DNA of 63,898 nucleotides, the filler included, from Chrysochromulina tobinii (taxonomy: Eukaryota): NCBI GenBank assembly GCA_001275005.1. It is 5 parts of 5 records of this genome, joined end to end, with 100 filler letters (N's around TTAATTAATTAA, not from the genome) between each part and the next. Parts side by side here need not be neighbours in the genome. Positions count along the whole stretch, not along the records: positions 1 to 16,244 come from JWZX01000968.1; 4 more parts are not named here. The stretch is one strand, 5' to 3'. Made by a program: the position numbers and the translations under genes. Under the pieces are notes generated by a model. That model was not told where the DNA came from and ran no database searches. It saw only the letters and a list, made by a program, of their open reading frames with translations. Of the stretch, positions 1-11,274 are shown piece after piece (position 1 is the stretch's first letter; the number at the start of each line of letters is the position of its first letter).

Positions 1-2850
1 TCCTCGCACGTGAGCCAGCCCGAGATCGAGTACGCGCTGCCGACGGCCCACACGAGCGGCAGCAGCGTGTACACTGCCGCGGCCGGAATCAGCGCATTGA
101 GCGCCGTCACGAGAAGCGCGAGCGACGCAGAGCCGAGGATGAAGGAAATCTCTCTACCTTTGGAATCCGAACTGCAGAGGATAACGAAAAAGCCTAAAAG
201 CCCGAAGCCTGCGGCGGCGAAGCAAATGAGCGCCCCGATTTCGGAGACCAGCTGCGGCATTCCAAGCTGCAGCGCGAGCGGCAAGGCGATCACGAATGGG
301 CTGCAGAACGCCACTAGCAAACAGAATGGTGCCTCGTCTGGCATCGCCACCATGTAGATCAACATCATCATGCCCGTCGCCACGAGCGACAGGGCGTGAG
401 CGGCCGTCACGCCCGGTGGTGCCGAGTAGGGCGGGGCCATAGGGGGAAGAGGAGGAGCGGGAGGAGAGGGAGGGGGGCTCGGAGAGAGCGCCCATACCGC
501 AGGCGGGGCCACGGTGACAACTCCCTCCAAGAGCGCCAGCCCCATCATTGCCGAGCTCACCCACGCCACGACGATGTGCGGCTTGCCGGCGCTCAGCCAA
601 AACGCCATCGACAAGTGCACCAACGCCGTCGCTGCGCACGCAAACCAAAGAGCGTCAAACAGCCCGCCCGGCATCGCCTCCACCCAAGGCAGCACGGCGA
701 GCGGCAGCGTCACCACCGATCCCACAATGGCCAGGAACTGACCAAAAAAGGAGCGTACGCCTGCACTCCCGACGCGCTCCTTTTCGCACGCGAGCCAGCC
801 CGAGATCGCGAATCCGCTGCAAACGGCCCACACGAGGGGAAGCAGCGTGTACACTGCCGCGGCCGGAAGCAGCGCATTGAGCGCCGTCACGAGAAGCGCG
901 AGCGACGCAGAGCCGAATATGAAGGAATTCTCACGATGTGAGGAATATGCACTGCAGAGATCACCGAAACAGCCAAAAAGCCCGATGCCTGCGGCGGCGA
1001 TGCAAACGACCACCTCGACGTCGAAGATCCATCTCGGCATTCCAAGCTGCAGCGCAAGCGGAAAGGCGAGAACGAACGGGCTGCAGATCATCACGAACTT
1101 GTCGCATGGTGAGGGCCCGTCTGGCTTTGCCACAAGGAAGATGAAACACATCATCCCCGTCGCCGCGAGCGCCAGGGCGTGAGCGGCCGTCACGCCCGGT
1201 GGCGCCGAGTAGGGCGGGGCCGAAGGAGGAAGAGGAGGAGCGGGAGGAGAGGGAGGGGGGCTCGGAGAGAGCGCCCATACCGCAGGCGGGGCCACGGTGA
1301 CGACTCCCTGCAAGAGCGCCAGCCCCATCACCGCAGAGCTCACCCACGCCACGACGATGTGCGGCTTGCCGTCGCTCAGCCAAAACGCCATCGACAAGTG
1401 CACCAACGCCATCGCTGCGCACGCAAACCAGAGAGCGTCGAACAGCCCGCCCGGCATCGCCTCCACCCAAGGCAGCACGGCGAGCGGCAGCGTCACCATC
1501 GACCGCACCACGGTCAGGGTCAAACCGAAGAAGCGTTCACATGAAGACGCGACGCGCTCATCCTCGCACGCGAGCCAGCCCGAGATCGCAAACCCGCTTC
1601 CGACGGCCCACACGAGCGGCAGCAGCGTGTACACTGCTGCGGCCGGAACCAGCGCATTGAGCGCCGTCACGAGAAGCGCGAGCGACGCAGAGCCGAGGAT
1701 GAAGGAATGCTTACGTTGTGAGGAATGTCGACTGCAGAGCATTTCGAAAAATTCGTAAAGAACGTAGCCTGCGACGGCGATGCACACGACCACATCGATG
1801 TCGAAGATCCACTCCGGCATTCCAAGCTGCAGCGCAAGCGGCAAGGCGAGCAGCACAACCACCAAATCAAACACCAACCACCAACAGAATGATGCCCCCG
1901 TTGACCTGTCTGGACTAATCGCAATGTAGATCAGAAATATCATGCCCGTCGCCGCGAGCGCCAGGGCGTGAGCGGCCGTCACGCCCGGTGGCGCCGAGTA
2001 GGGCGGGGCCGAAGGAGGAAGAGGAGGAGCGGGAGGAGAGGGAGGGGGGCTCGGAGAGAGCGCCCATATCGCAGGCGGGGCCACGATAGCGACCCCCTGC
2101 AAGAGCGCCAGCCCCATCACCGCCGAACTCACCCACGCCACGACGATGTGCGGCTTGCCGGCGCTCAGCCAAAACGCCATCGACAAGTGCACCAACGCCA
2201 TCGCTGCGCACGCAAACCAAAGAGCGTCGAACAGCTCGCCCGGCATCGCCTCCACCCAAGGCAGCACGGCGAGCGGCAGCGTCACCACCGATCCCACAAT
2301 GGCCAGGAACTGACCAAAAAAGGAGCGTGCGCATGCACTCCCGACGCCCTCCTTTTCGCACGCGAGCCAGCCCGAGATCGCGAATCCGCTGCAAACGGCC
2401 CATACGAGGGGAAGCAGCGTGTACACTGCCGCGGCCGGAAGCAGCGCATTGAGCGCCGTCAAGAGAAGCGCGAGCGACGCAGAGCCGAATATGAAGGAAT
2501 TCTCACTTATGCTGGAATCTCGACTGCAGAGGATAACGAAAAAGCCGTAAAGACCAAAGCCTGCGGCGGCGATGCAAATGACCACATCGATGTCGAAGAT
2601 CCACCCCGGCATTCCAAGCTGCAGCGCGAGCGGCAAGGCGAGCACGAACGGGCCGCAGATCACCACGAACTTGCCATACCAGTTTTCATACAAGCAAAGC
2701 CATACAAGTTGCCATACAAGTGAGGGTGATGACTCGTATGTCCCTGCCACAAAGAAGATGAGACACATCATCCCCGTCGCCGCGAGCGCCAGGGCGTGAG
2801 CGGCCGTCACGCCCGGTGGTGCCGAGTAGGAAGGGGCCAAAGGAGGGGTA
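1..2850. repeat. Coding tandem repeat, periods 783/789/828 bp with alternating A/B variants
   Basis: Anchor gtgagcggccgtcacgcccggtgg at 396, 1179, 1968, 2796; all spacings are multiples of 3. Confidence 0.95.
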
Positions 2851-3239
2851 AGATAAGTTGACGACCGAGAGCCGCAATCAGTGCAGTCCGTGCCGAGGCT
2901 GCAGAGTGAATACTCGGCTCCGGGGCCGCCATCGTCGCAGAAGCCATCTGATGTACCATAGACGCACGCCTCCGTGCATCCACCGCCCGAACTGCTCCAG
3001 TACCTGCATCGGAAAGGAGGGGCGACGGCTGTGAGGGATGGGCGAGGGGCTCCGGCTCGTGGCCGAGCACGTGTGCGGCCGGGCGGGACATGGCGGCGCG
3101 CGCGCGCAGACCTCCGGCCCGTCTCAGGATGTGACTCTTGCGTCAAGTGTTGTGGGCCTGAGAACGTTCCGAACAGCGCAGCTGCTGCGAGAAACGGCCA
3201 GAGCGGCATCTGCAGGCATCGGGATGTGGACGCTAGCAT
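1..3239 (-). CDS. Large multipass membrane protein (partial, runs off left edge): signal peptide, Cys-rich [13 protein letters not shown] motif, then >=3.5 tandem ~261-276-aa hydrophobic modules separated by SPPP linkers
   Basis: Manual translation from ATG 3239 gives MLASTSRCLQMPLWPFLAAAALFG...[23 protein letters not shown]...HALALAATGMMCLIFFVA...SFILGSASLALLVTALNALIPAAAVYTLLPLVWAVG...SGWLTCE with the frame consistent to position 1. Absent from the ORF track because there is no stop in the window. Possible in-frame GT-AG intron 3004-3111. Confidence 0.8.
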   Translation of the reverse strand, partial: MLASTSRCLQMPLWPFLAAAALFGTFSGPQHLTQESHPETGRRSARARRHVPPGRTRARPRAGAPRPSLTAVAPPFRCRYWSSSGGGCTEACVYGTSDGFCDDGGPGAEYSLCSLGTDCTDCGSRSSTYLTPPLAPSYSAPPGVTAAHALALAATGMMCLIFFVAGTYESSPSLVWQLVWLCLYENWYGKFVVICGPFVLALPLALQLGMPGWIFDIDVVICIAAAGFGLYGFFVILCSRDSSISENSFIFGSASLALLLTALNALLPAAAVYTLLPLVWAVCSGFAISGWLACEKEGVGSACARSFFGQFLAIVGSVVTLPLAVLPWVEAMPGELFDALWFACAAMALVHLSMAFWLSAGKPHIVVAWVSSAVMGLALLQGVAIVAPPAIWALSPSPPPSPPAPPLPPSAPPYSAPPGVTAAHALALAATGMIFLIYIAISPDRSTGASFCWWLVFDLVVVLLALPLALQLGMPEWIFDIDVVVCIAVAGYVLYEFFEMLCSRHSSQRKHSFILGSASLALLVTALNALVPAAAVYTLLPLVWAVGSGFAISGWLACEDERVASSCERFFGLTLTVVRSMVTLPLAVLPWVEAMPGGLFDALWFACAAMALVHLSMAFWLSDGKPHIVVAWVSSAVMGLALLQGVVTVAPPAVWALSPSPPPSPPAPPLPPSAPPYSAPPGVTAAHALALAATGMMCFIFLVAKPDGPSPCDKFVMICSPFVLAFPLALQLGMPRWIFDVEVVVCIAAAGIGLFGCFGDLCSAYSSHRENSFIFGSASLALLVTALNALLPAAAVYTLLPLVWAVCSGFAISGWLACEKERVGSAGVRSFFGQFLAIVGSVVTLPLAVLPWVEAMPGGLFDALWFACAATALVHLSMAFWLSAGKPHIVVAWVSSAMMGLALLEGVVTVAPPAVWALSPSPPPSPPAPPLPPMAPPYSAPPGVTAAHALSLVATGMMMLIYMVAMPDEAPFCLLVAFCSPFVIALPLALQLGMPQLVSEIGALICFAAAGFGLLGFFVILCSSDSKGREISFILGSASLALLVTALNALIPAAAVYTLLPLVWAVGSAYSISGWLTCE

Positions 3240-4223
3240 CAAAATTGTTTTTCGCGGCACAGAAGTCCACCAAGTTTGCGCGTTTGGTTTCGTCTACCGG
3301 TACCGGTCACGAGGCGATATTTCCGCCTAGTCGAGGCTCTTGGGACTTGGCGCCCTGTGGAAGACATGTAAACTACCACGCATCGACGCGTGGGCCGTTG
3401 CTTCCTCGACCCGAGAGAATGCAGAATCGGGGGGTTCTCATGGTGCAACCTGACTGAGAAAGACGACTCTGATTACTTTGGCGACTACGACTTTGATGGT
3501 TCCATGTGGATAGGGCGACTTGGACGTCGGGTATCCGGGAGGAACTTCACCAGCCTGTGGGGCCGGCCTGCAATCCTCCTTCTCCGTGTCACTCGCGGCC
3601 GGTCGGCTCGTCACGACGCCGTTTCAAAAACTTCAGGGGGAGCCGGGACACACGGGACACACGGGACACACGGATCACGCAGATGAACCTCACAACCAAA
3701 CCGACTCACCGTACACTTCTTCCCGGTCGCGGTTGTGCCGTAATATGTTGCTCAAAAACCATAGCGAACTTTTACGGCGGAATGCGTGCGCGCGGCCGCC
3801 CCGCCCCGGCCCCCCCGGCCCCGCGGGCCCGTGCCGTTGCGGCTCGGCTGCGGCGTGTGCTGAGGGTACCGCGCACCGCGGCAATAGCCGTATTGCGACA
3901 CACCGACACCGCTCGGACACTCGCAACTGAGACGCACCTTATCCGTTCTGTGTAACTGCCAACAAGTGCGCGATCCCTCCAGTTGCCACTGCGGAACGGA
4001 CATTTTCCATTTTGCGGCTTGCCGACTTTTCTGGATTCTCGGTACATCTCATGCACTTCGCCTGTCACACCTACAGGCGGATGGCGGCGCCATGCAACTG
4101 CAAACACGCGCGTCCAGCGAAGCCGGAACCCTGCCGACGATCGTGAATCCCATCCCCGACGCACACCCATGTCGCGAGGGTGAGGGGAGCACAATCATGG
4201 TGCATGGCTCAGGAGCGGTTGTA

Positions 4224-5183
4224 TCAAGACACCAAGTTGCCGCCCCGCAGCTGGAACGGGCACATCGCCGGGAGGATGTCTGACTTGGGACCAGCGGCCA
4301 CGACCCGCACAAGCGCATTCGGGAAGCGACGCGACAGTTCCTCAACGAAGGAGCGATGCAGCCAACGGCCTCCGGAGTTTTCGTTGACCGCATTCTCAAT
4401 CACAAGCCTCTGGAGTCGCGGGTAGCGCAAGCCGCCAAAGGGCGAGTGTGCCATCATGGCCGGCCACGGAAAGCCGCTCCACGAAGACGTCTTTATAGTG
4501 AGCTCCTCCAGCGCTGGCAAGTGGCTCGGAAGCCAGAGGGGAGTAAACCCCTCAAAGAAGAGACTCATGGTCCGCAGGCGAGGGTGGCCATCCAGGGCTT
4601 CCAGGCCTTTCTTGACTGCCGAGCCCAACGTCAGCGACAGGTGCTCGAGGCCCGGCGCCAGCGCGATGGCTTTGATCGTGCTCTCGGTCACCCTCATCTC
4701 CTTGCATCTAGAGTGCAGGGGCGTCAAGTCCTGCCTAAAGCCGCGGAGGCGCGGGCCGAGGCCATTGACGAGCGCCTTAACTCCATTCGACGACACGCTC
4801 TGGCAGCCGCTCAGGTCAATCCGCTGCATGCTCGGCAGAAGCGGAGGGCGACCCGATGCCAGAAGCCGAAGGAAATTGTCATCGACCCACTGCACGTCGT
4901 GAGCGTCCAGCGCGGTAGCGCGAGAAAAGGCTCCCAGGCGCTCCGTCAGATGCGTGTCCGCTAAATGCTTGAAGCCATCAAGCAGCAGGGTTCCAGCAAA
5001 CGAGTTAGCAACGTATCGCCGCCACGCTTTGCAAACTCCGGAGCAAGCAAAGATGGCTGGTGGGCATGTGAAGATGTGGTCCCACAGTATGGCACTAGTG
5101 TCAGCGTCAAGCGAGAAAAGGGCTTCGACCTCGTGAGTCGTCTGGGCGATGTCGACGAAGTTCGAGCGCTTGCGTCGTGGCAT
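4224..5183 (-). CDS. F-box-like / LRR (RNI/AMN1-type) protein
   Basis: ILWDHIF...ACSGVCKAWRR F-box-like segment, then LRR-like MQRIDLSGCQSVSSNGVKAL and LPALEELTI. Start taken at MPRRKRS. Confidence 0.6.
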   Translation of the reverse strand: MPRRKRSNFVDIAQTTHEVEALFSLDADTSAILWDHIFTCPPAIFACSGVCKAWRRYVANSFAGTLLLDGFKHLADTHLTERLGAFSRATALDAHDVQWVDDNFLRLLASGRPPLLPSMQRIDLSGCQSVSSNGVKALVNGLGPRLRGFRQDLTPLHSRCKEMRVTESTIKAIALAPGLEHLSLTLGSAVKKGLEALDGHPRLRTMSLFFEGFTPLWLPSHLPALEELTIKTSSWSGFPWPAMMAHSPFGGLRYPRLQRLVIENAVNENSGGRWLHRSFVEELSRRFPNALVRVVAAGPKSDILPAMCPFQLRGGNLVS

Positions 5184-5652
5184 GTGTGAGACGGGCGAGC
5201 GATGAGCGAGCGAAGCGAAGCGCCGCGCCCTCCTCGGCCCCTGGATTCCTGGCCTCTCGCAAAGCCGCGTGTGAACATAAGTTAGCGGAAAGAGACAATG
5301 TTTTTGCATGCCGACCCGCAAAGCTGGCGTGACCTGACCGGTGGTCTCCCCCGTCCCCGGTGTGTGGCTTGTGCGTTCGTGAGCGCAGCAGAAAAACGAG
5401 CCCTAAACGAGCCCGTCTCGCGACCCTTACTGGCCGTCCGCACCAGCGGCGCCTCGGCGGCCTCGAGCCTCTTGCGGCCCTCCTCATCAAGGTGCGCCTC
5501 CGCGCCGCTCACATCGATGCCAATACATACCAACGAGTTAAGCGTCGTCGATTGCCCGTTGGAGTACGTCGAGGTTAATGTCGAGCTCATCGGGGCCGTC
5601 CTTGCCTATAATTGAGCAAGAGCGTACCCGAGTTGCCACTCTGCCAGTTGAT

Positions 5653-6924
5653 TCAGCTGGCTCGGCTGCTTCCGATTGTGTTGGGCGTCGCCACGATCGC
5701 GAGGTGGTTGACGACGATCTGCGTGTCCACCGGCACAATGCCGAGGCGCGGCGCCGAGCGATGATCCACACCAGCAGCCACACGCTGCACGGGCTGCAGT
5801 GCGCCCTTACTGCCGTGATGACGCCATCGATCCTCTTGATCGTGCATCCTCATCGCACCGAGCTGCCGCTGCATCCTGCGCCATTCCTCAATGCGCCGCC
5901 GCGTGCCGTCGCGCAGCTGCTTGTGCCGGTGCAAGTCCTCTTCGTCCTTAGTCCGGATGATACCCGTCCACTTGGCACCATTCGCAACGCGTGTCAGATC
6001 CAGCTTCTGGCTCGGCTCCAGATTGAGTTTGGCAATGGCGCGTGGTGGCGAGATCCTCGAGCTCAACGAGATGCCTGAGTGGCCTGAGTGGCGGGGCAGT
6101 GGGTAGCACACCTCACCCGACTCGACGGGCGAGGGCGGCCCGGACGCTCCGAGCTGCTTCTTCGCGCTCGCATGGGCCTCATCATGGGCGCCCTCGAGCG
6201 CACGCGCAGGGAGCAGACGGCTGCGAGCATGCGTAAAGCTTGGCCAGCTAGGGTGCTTGGAGTCAGTACTGGGGCTCGTGCAGGGCACTGGGCATGGCGT
6301 GAACCATACGATCCCCAGAGGAGTGACCTCATCATGCTCAGCCGGTGGAACTGATCCAGCTAGAGTCTCAACTCCCCCGTAGTACGGTACTGATCGACCC
6401 AGGGCTTCTTGGTCGATGGTGAGGTCCTCGGCAGACAAAGAAGCGTCTGCTGTTGTCCAAGTGTGAGGAGCTGTCCTCGATGGCGGCATCATATGCCGAC
6501 GGTGCTTCGTGGGTGCACGGCGGTGGTTCGAGGGCGCGCGCAAGTGCTCATGAATCACAGGTCTGGGTGCGGACGCTGGCCGCCGCAGAGCTCGCATCGC
6601 CGTTGTGTCCATGGCCTCTCTGAGCGCCTGTCTGCTTGACTCGGAAAAGGCGTGGCCAGTGGCACCAGAAACTACGTTGTGGGCTATCCTTTGCACCAAT
6701 GCCGGCTGCGACGATGAGATCTCGCCATGACTCGCATCAAATTGCGACCGACTCTGTGATTGTTTCTCGAGCACAGTGTAGAAGCTCTTTGTTCTTGTTC
6801 TGACAACATTTTGGCCTGGGCTCAACACGCCATCGGGAACGCGCAGTGGCGGGCGCGAGAAGCGTAGCTTCAGCGGCTCTGAGGCGCCTGTCCACTCATT
6901 TTTGTAGTGCACATAGTGCTGCAT
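5653..6924 (-). CDS. Hypothetical protein, low complexity with short coiled coil
   Basis: Long ORF; no recognised domain. Confidence 0.4.
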   Translation of the reverse strand: MQHYVHYKNEWTGASEPLKLRFSRPPLRVPDGVLSPGQNVVRTRTKSFYTVLEKQSQSRSQFDASHGEISSSQPALVQRIAHNVVSGATGHAFSESSRQALREAMDTTAMRALRRPASAPRPVIHEHLRAPSNHRRAPTKHRRHMMPPSRTAPHTWTTADASLSAEDLTIDQEALGRSVPYYGGVETLAGSVPPAEHDEVTPLGIVWFTPCPVPCTSPSTDSKHPSWPSFTHARSRLLPARALEGAHDEAHASAKKQLGASGPPSPVESGEVCYPLPRHSGHSGISLSSRISPPRAIAKLNLEPSQKLDLTRVANGAKWTGIIRTKDEEDLHRHKQLRDGTRRRIEEWRRMQRQLGAMRMHDQEDRWRHHGSKGALQPVQRVAAGVDHRSAPRLGIVPVDTQIVVNHLAIVATPNTIGSSRAS

Positions 6925-7088
6925 GTCTATCTTGTCTCGCTTTCCGCATGGGCGGACTGCGCACCTGTCAGTTTTAACGTCAGATTCCCCTCCTGTTTCA
7001 CTTGGCATGCATCAGACGAAGAGCCAATTTGAAGGCTACAGCGGGAGAATAGCATCTTAAGAAAGCAACCGCCGCTCTACATTTCCTG

Positions 7089-7999
7089 ATGCATGCAAAC
7101 GCGAAGCGAGAGCTTGATATGCCAGTGACCATGCCGGGCGCAAACTCAGACACAGACGATCTGCTCCTCAGCGACGACGCGGCCATGCCCGCCGCGCGCT
7201 CCGTTCCGCGCAAGCGTCCTGCGCCCAAGAGCGCCGCCGCCGCCCCGAGTGCCAAGCGTGCGTGCGCTTTTGCGTCCGAACCCGCGCTTGCACCTTCGCC
7301 TTCCGAACACCGCGAAAGACCGCGCGCCATCTCCACCTGATGCTCACATGCTCTCTCGCTCGCCCCCGTGCCTTGGCAGGCACTGCGGGCGGCTCGCGCA
7401 CCGTGGCCGCTGCACCCGTCCACCGGCCATCCCTCGCCTCGGAGCAGCACAACGCATCCTCGGAGGATGAGGAGTACAGCCAGGACGCAGGTGATGCCGA
7501 GCACATCCAGCAGATGTTCAAGAATATGATCGCCGCTCTGGACAAGCAGCGGCGCGATGGCAACGAGAAGATCGAGGCGCGCGCTGTGCTCGACCGCCAG
7601 GCCTGCCTCGCCAAGGCCATGGAGGCGATCGCCCAGGCGAAGAATCGGCACGCTGCCGAGCTCGAGGAGACCAAGGTGCAGGTGGTCAAGCGAATGGCCA
7701 AGGTGAGCTCGACGATGACCAAGAGCCTCTTCGACTACATCGCTGACGTGGAGGTCGTCCACAAGGATACCGTGGCCGCCCGCAAGCAGGCCAAGATGGA
7801 GTCTGCCGCGGTCGCCAACGACGTCAAGACCCTCCAGACGTGCGGCGAGCAAGTCTGCGCCAACCTCGAGAAGCGGCTGCAGCAGATCACGAGCAAGTCG
7901 GAGAAGGACTTCAAAGCCGCACTCGACGCGCCGGCTCCGCTCGCCGATGTGATCGCGGAGATCGAGAAGGCTACCAAGACCATCTCGTCGCGCTCGTGA
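7089..7999 (+). CDS. Hypothetical coiled-coil protein, 2 exons (intron 7258-7379)
   Basis: A GT...TTGGCAG intron joins ORF 7089 and ORF 7262 in a compatible phase; helical C-terminus. Confidence 0.55.
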
Positions 8000-8484
8000 G
8001 CGAGCTCATGCGGAGAGGCCGAAACGCTCCCGCTCCGCTCGCCGCTTTTGGAGCGGCGCTCCCGCTCCGTTCGCCGGTCGGTCATGAGCGCGATTCTGGT
8101 CCGCCCTAGGTGGGTCTCGCAGGCTGCTACAGCTGTCGCTTAATCTTTTGTACCAAGGAATGTCACCTTTAAAACCGAACAGCAGCACGACATCGAGACC
8201 CCGACCGGACCCTACCGCCTACCCGACCCGTCTCACAAAAGATCATGCTCAAGATCGACGTCCGACGTCACCCTGACCCACGTCTCGAAAATGATGGAGG
8301 GCCGCTGTCTCAGTCCGCGTATCCTTATCCGACGTAATCCGTCCCGTGCTCCAAGTCCGATCTCTGATGCGCCCTGCGTTGCCGCCGCCGCCACTGCCAG
8401 TCACGGCATCCGGCACCTTCACCGCCCGCCGAGTCCTCTCATGCATGCTTGGACACGGCTCCGCTCCATACCGATCTCCCCCAA

Positions 8485-10547
8485 TTATCCCCCGATCTGA
8501 CCCCCGATCTCCCCCGCGTGTGCTGCATCATGGCCCTCCGGTCCGCAACGCCCCCCCGCATTCTTTCCCACGCCCGCGCCACTCGCAACAGCAAGTTCCA
8601 CAGAGTATTCCACAGAGCTCAGCTGTGCCTCCAGCAACGCGTGCTGGCCGCGCAGGCTGAGTAGCTCGCTCTGCAACACCAAGTTATGGGTGCGCAGCAC
8701 ATCGTTTCCTTCATTTGCCCGTCGGAGTGCCTGCAGCTCTCCTAGCTGCACCGCCTTCTCATCACACGCGGCTGCATGCAATCGGAGTGCCTCCATGCGC
8801 AGCGCTTCGCTCTGCTTCAGCTCCTCGGCCAAGCGCACAGCCCGCCGCGCCTCAAGCCGCTCGACGCGCACCTCGTCCGTCAGCTGTGCCACGTGCGCCC
8901 GGGACGCCTCGAGAGCTGTGGAAGCCGCCTGCAGCTCTGCGCTCAGTTCGGCGTTGCGGGGCTCGAGGGGCTGCAGAGCTATCACTTGGTGCGCGAGGGT
9001 GTTTGCTTGGACGAGGAGGGCCTCCTGGCCAGACTTCAGCGTGTCGATCGTCGCACGCGCCGCGACGAGCTCGGCTTGCATGCTCACGAGCCGCTCGTGC
9101 TCCGCCCGGAGCTCCCCTTGTAGCGACTCTCCCTCCGCACGTGCGTGGATGGTCGCGAGGTCCGACTCGGCGCGGCGGGTCTGCTCCGTCTCGAGCTCGC
9201 TCGTCATCTCGTCGTGCTGTGCGCGGGCGCGGTCGAGCTCCCTTTCAAGCAGCTCCACGTGTTGGAACAGCATCGTGCGCTCACCCTCGAGTTCCAGGCC
9301 CGCACGCCGGCTCGCAAGCAGTAGCGCGTCGGTCTGCTCGCATGCATCTGCCGCCGTCTCAAGGGCCTCAACATGCTCTCGCGTCTGCTCAAGTCGGCGC
9401 GCCTCCTCGTCCGCCCACGTATGCGTGAGCTTGTGCCACCAACGCCAGAGCGCTTGGCCCTCTCTCTGCTTCGCCCTGCTCGGGGGCCCAAGTTGCCTCC
9501 CGTCCACCTGCATGCAATGAGGGGGGCACGAAGCTAGCACTCAGCATGCAATGAGGGGATCCATCAGCATGCTTGGGGACCCAAGTGGTCTCCCATTCAC
9601 ACCTGGTAGCTCCCGCCGCTGCCACGATGGGGCTGTTTGAAGAGGACGAGTTTGAGCGCGGCAAGCTCGCTTGTCAGCTCACTGTGCGCCTCGATGAGGA
9701 ACGGCGGCAGGCCAGCGAGCGCCGGCGCACTCCCCTTGGCCTCGTTGACGGCCTCGTACACCGCCTCAACCGCCTGCTGCCTCGTGATTGCATGCGTCAG
9801 CACATCGTCCTGAGCGCCCTCATTGGCACTATCGGTTTCGCGGCCAAGCCGTCCATCGGCATGTGCCTCGAAGACCACACCCCAGCTCGAGCGCCTCGCA
9901 TCCACGCTCAGGCGCTGGAAGACCTCGGGCGGAGCCCGCCGGGTGCTGATCGGCGAGTGGTGAGCGCCTCGCTCCGCAGCCGCAGCCTGCCGTCGAGCAG
10001 CAACGATGCGCTCTTTCCACTCTGTGAAACGTTGCTGCTCTATTTCGGGGCTCCGGCGTGCTTTCCTTTGGCTCCCGGAGCCGAACGCGACGCTAGTTGG
10101 GGTGCTACGCTCCTGACGCACCGTGGGGCTGTTTGGGAGCTCAAGCGTGTTGCTGCATTCTCTGCTTTGCGAGGGCATGCGCGAGGGCGGATTGGGTGGG
10201 AACCCAGGGCTTGGGCGTTGCTTCGTGTCTGGACTGCCGGATTTGTGCCGCAGCTTGTTGAGGAGGGAATGTGCCGCAGACTCCCTGGTTGCCTGCGGGC
10301 TCTGGGATGCGTGGTCGTCATATGGGTCTTGCAAGTTCTCCGCAGCCCAGGTTCCATTGATCTCTCCCGAGTTCTCGGCGGCAGCGGCACGGGCGTGAGC
10401 TATAGTTCCTACCGCAGCTCTCGCGCGCTCGACAAGGGCCGAGGCGCTCTGGAGCGCGGCGGCATTGGCCTTGTCGCAGAAGATTCGTGGTTCTGCGTGC
10501 TCATTCGCGCGCGCCGCCGCGCTGCGCAGCCTGTGAGACTCCGCCAT
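8485..10547 (-). CDS. Coiled-coil protein, 2 exons (intron 9508-9602)
   Basis: ORF 9597-10547 (...GSYQ) joins ORF 8485-9540 (VDGRQ...) across a phase-0 GT-AG intron; long heptad-rich region. Confidence 0.6.
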
Positions 10548-11274
10548 CGTTACACGCTCAAAATAGAGACCTGATGGCGAAACTCAAAATAATTTGAGGA
10601 CTCGGCTCGCTGACATGCATTTCACTTTGACTACCAGCTCCATGGACACATTGGTCACATGAGCGTGCCACTCGCACAGCCAGAATCACTGCACCACCAC
10701 CAACAAAACAAAACCCAACCCAACTCCCCGTGCGGAAGGCGGGGCGGTTCGAACAGCAGGTTGTGGGGAGGTGGGATCTAGTTTTATACAGTCTCGTAAG
10801 ACCCGAACGCACTCTATGGTTTCACCACCTGTAGGCACATGCGCCCATCATGTTCAGGTGAGCAAGTCTGACCCTTGTGATCACACCTTGGGTGCGTCCG
10901 ATGTGCGCCCTCTCCAGAGCGCCAGGCAAGTGGCATCGTCCATCGTGCATCGAGATGGGACCCGCGACCCGGCCGCGCGCGGCGCATGGGCATGTTTCTT
11001 GCTTGAGCATTGAGGTGCTATAGCGTATAGCGGTGTGTCGCGGGTGTATCATGTATCCGGGTCCCCAAAGTAAACTACACTACAGTAGTACGGTACCTCA
11101 TTCAACGCACATGAGTTTACACATGAGTCAAAGTGAGAGAGAGTGCAGCCCACAGGGACTCACGAGCATGCTCACAAGGCGGATGAGACATCACACAGTC
11201 GTCCGACTCAGACACAAGGCGGACGTGAACTGCTTGCAGAGCACCTCCTCTGCCCTCTCTCCCCGCCCCATCAT

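Noticed and set aside
10..2800. Many short repeated ORFs in the track over the tandem repeat
   Set aside because: Shadow frames of the single long minus-strand membrane-protein ORF.
7380..7999. Resemblance to SYCP3/Cor1-like meiotic coiled coils
   Set aside because: Only generic coiled-coil similarity; no diagnostic motif I can defend.
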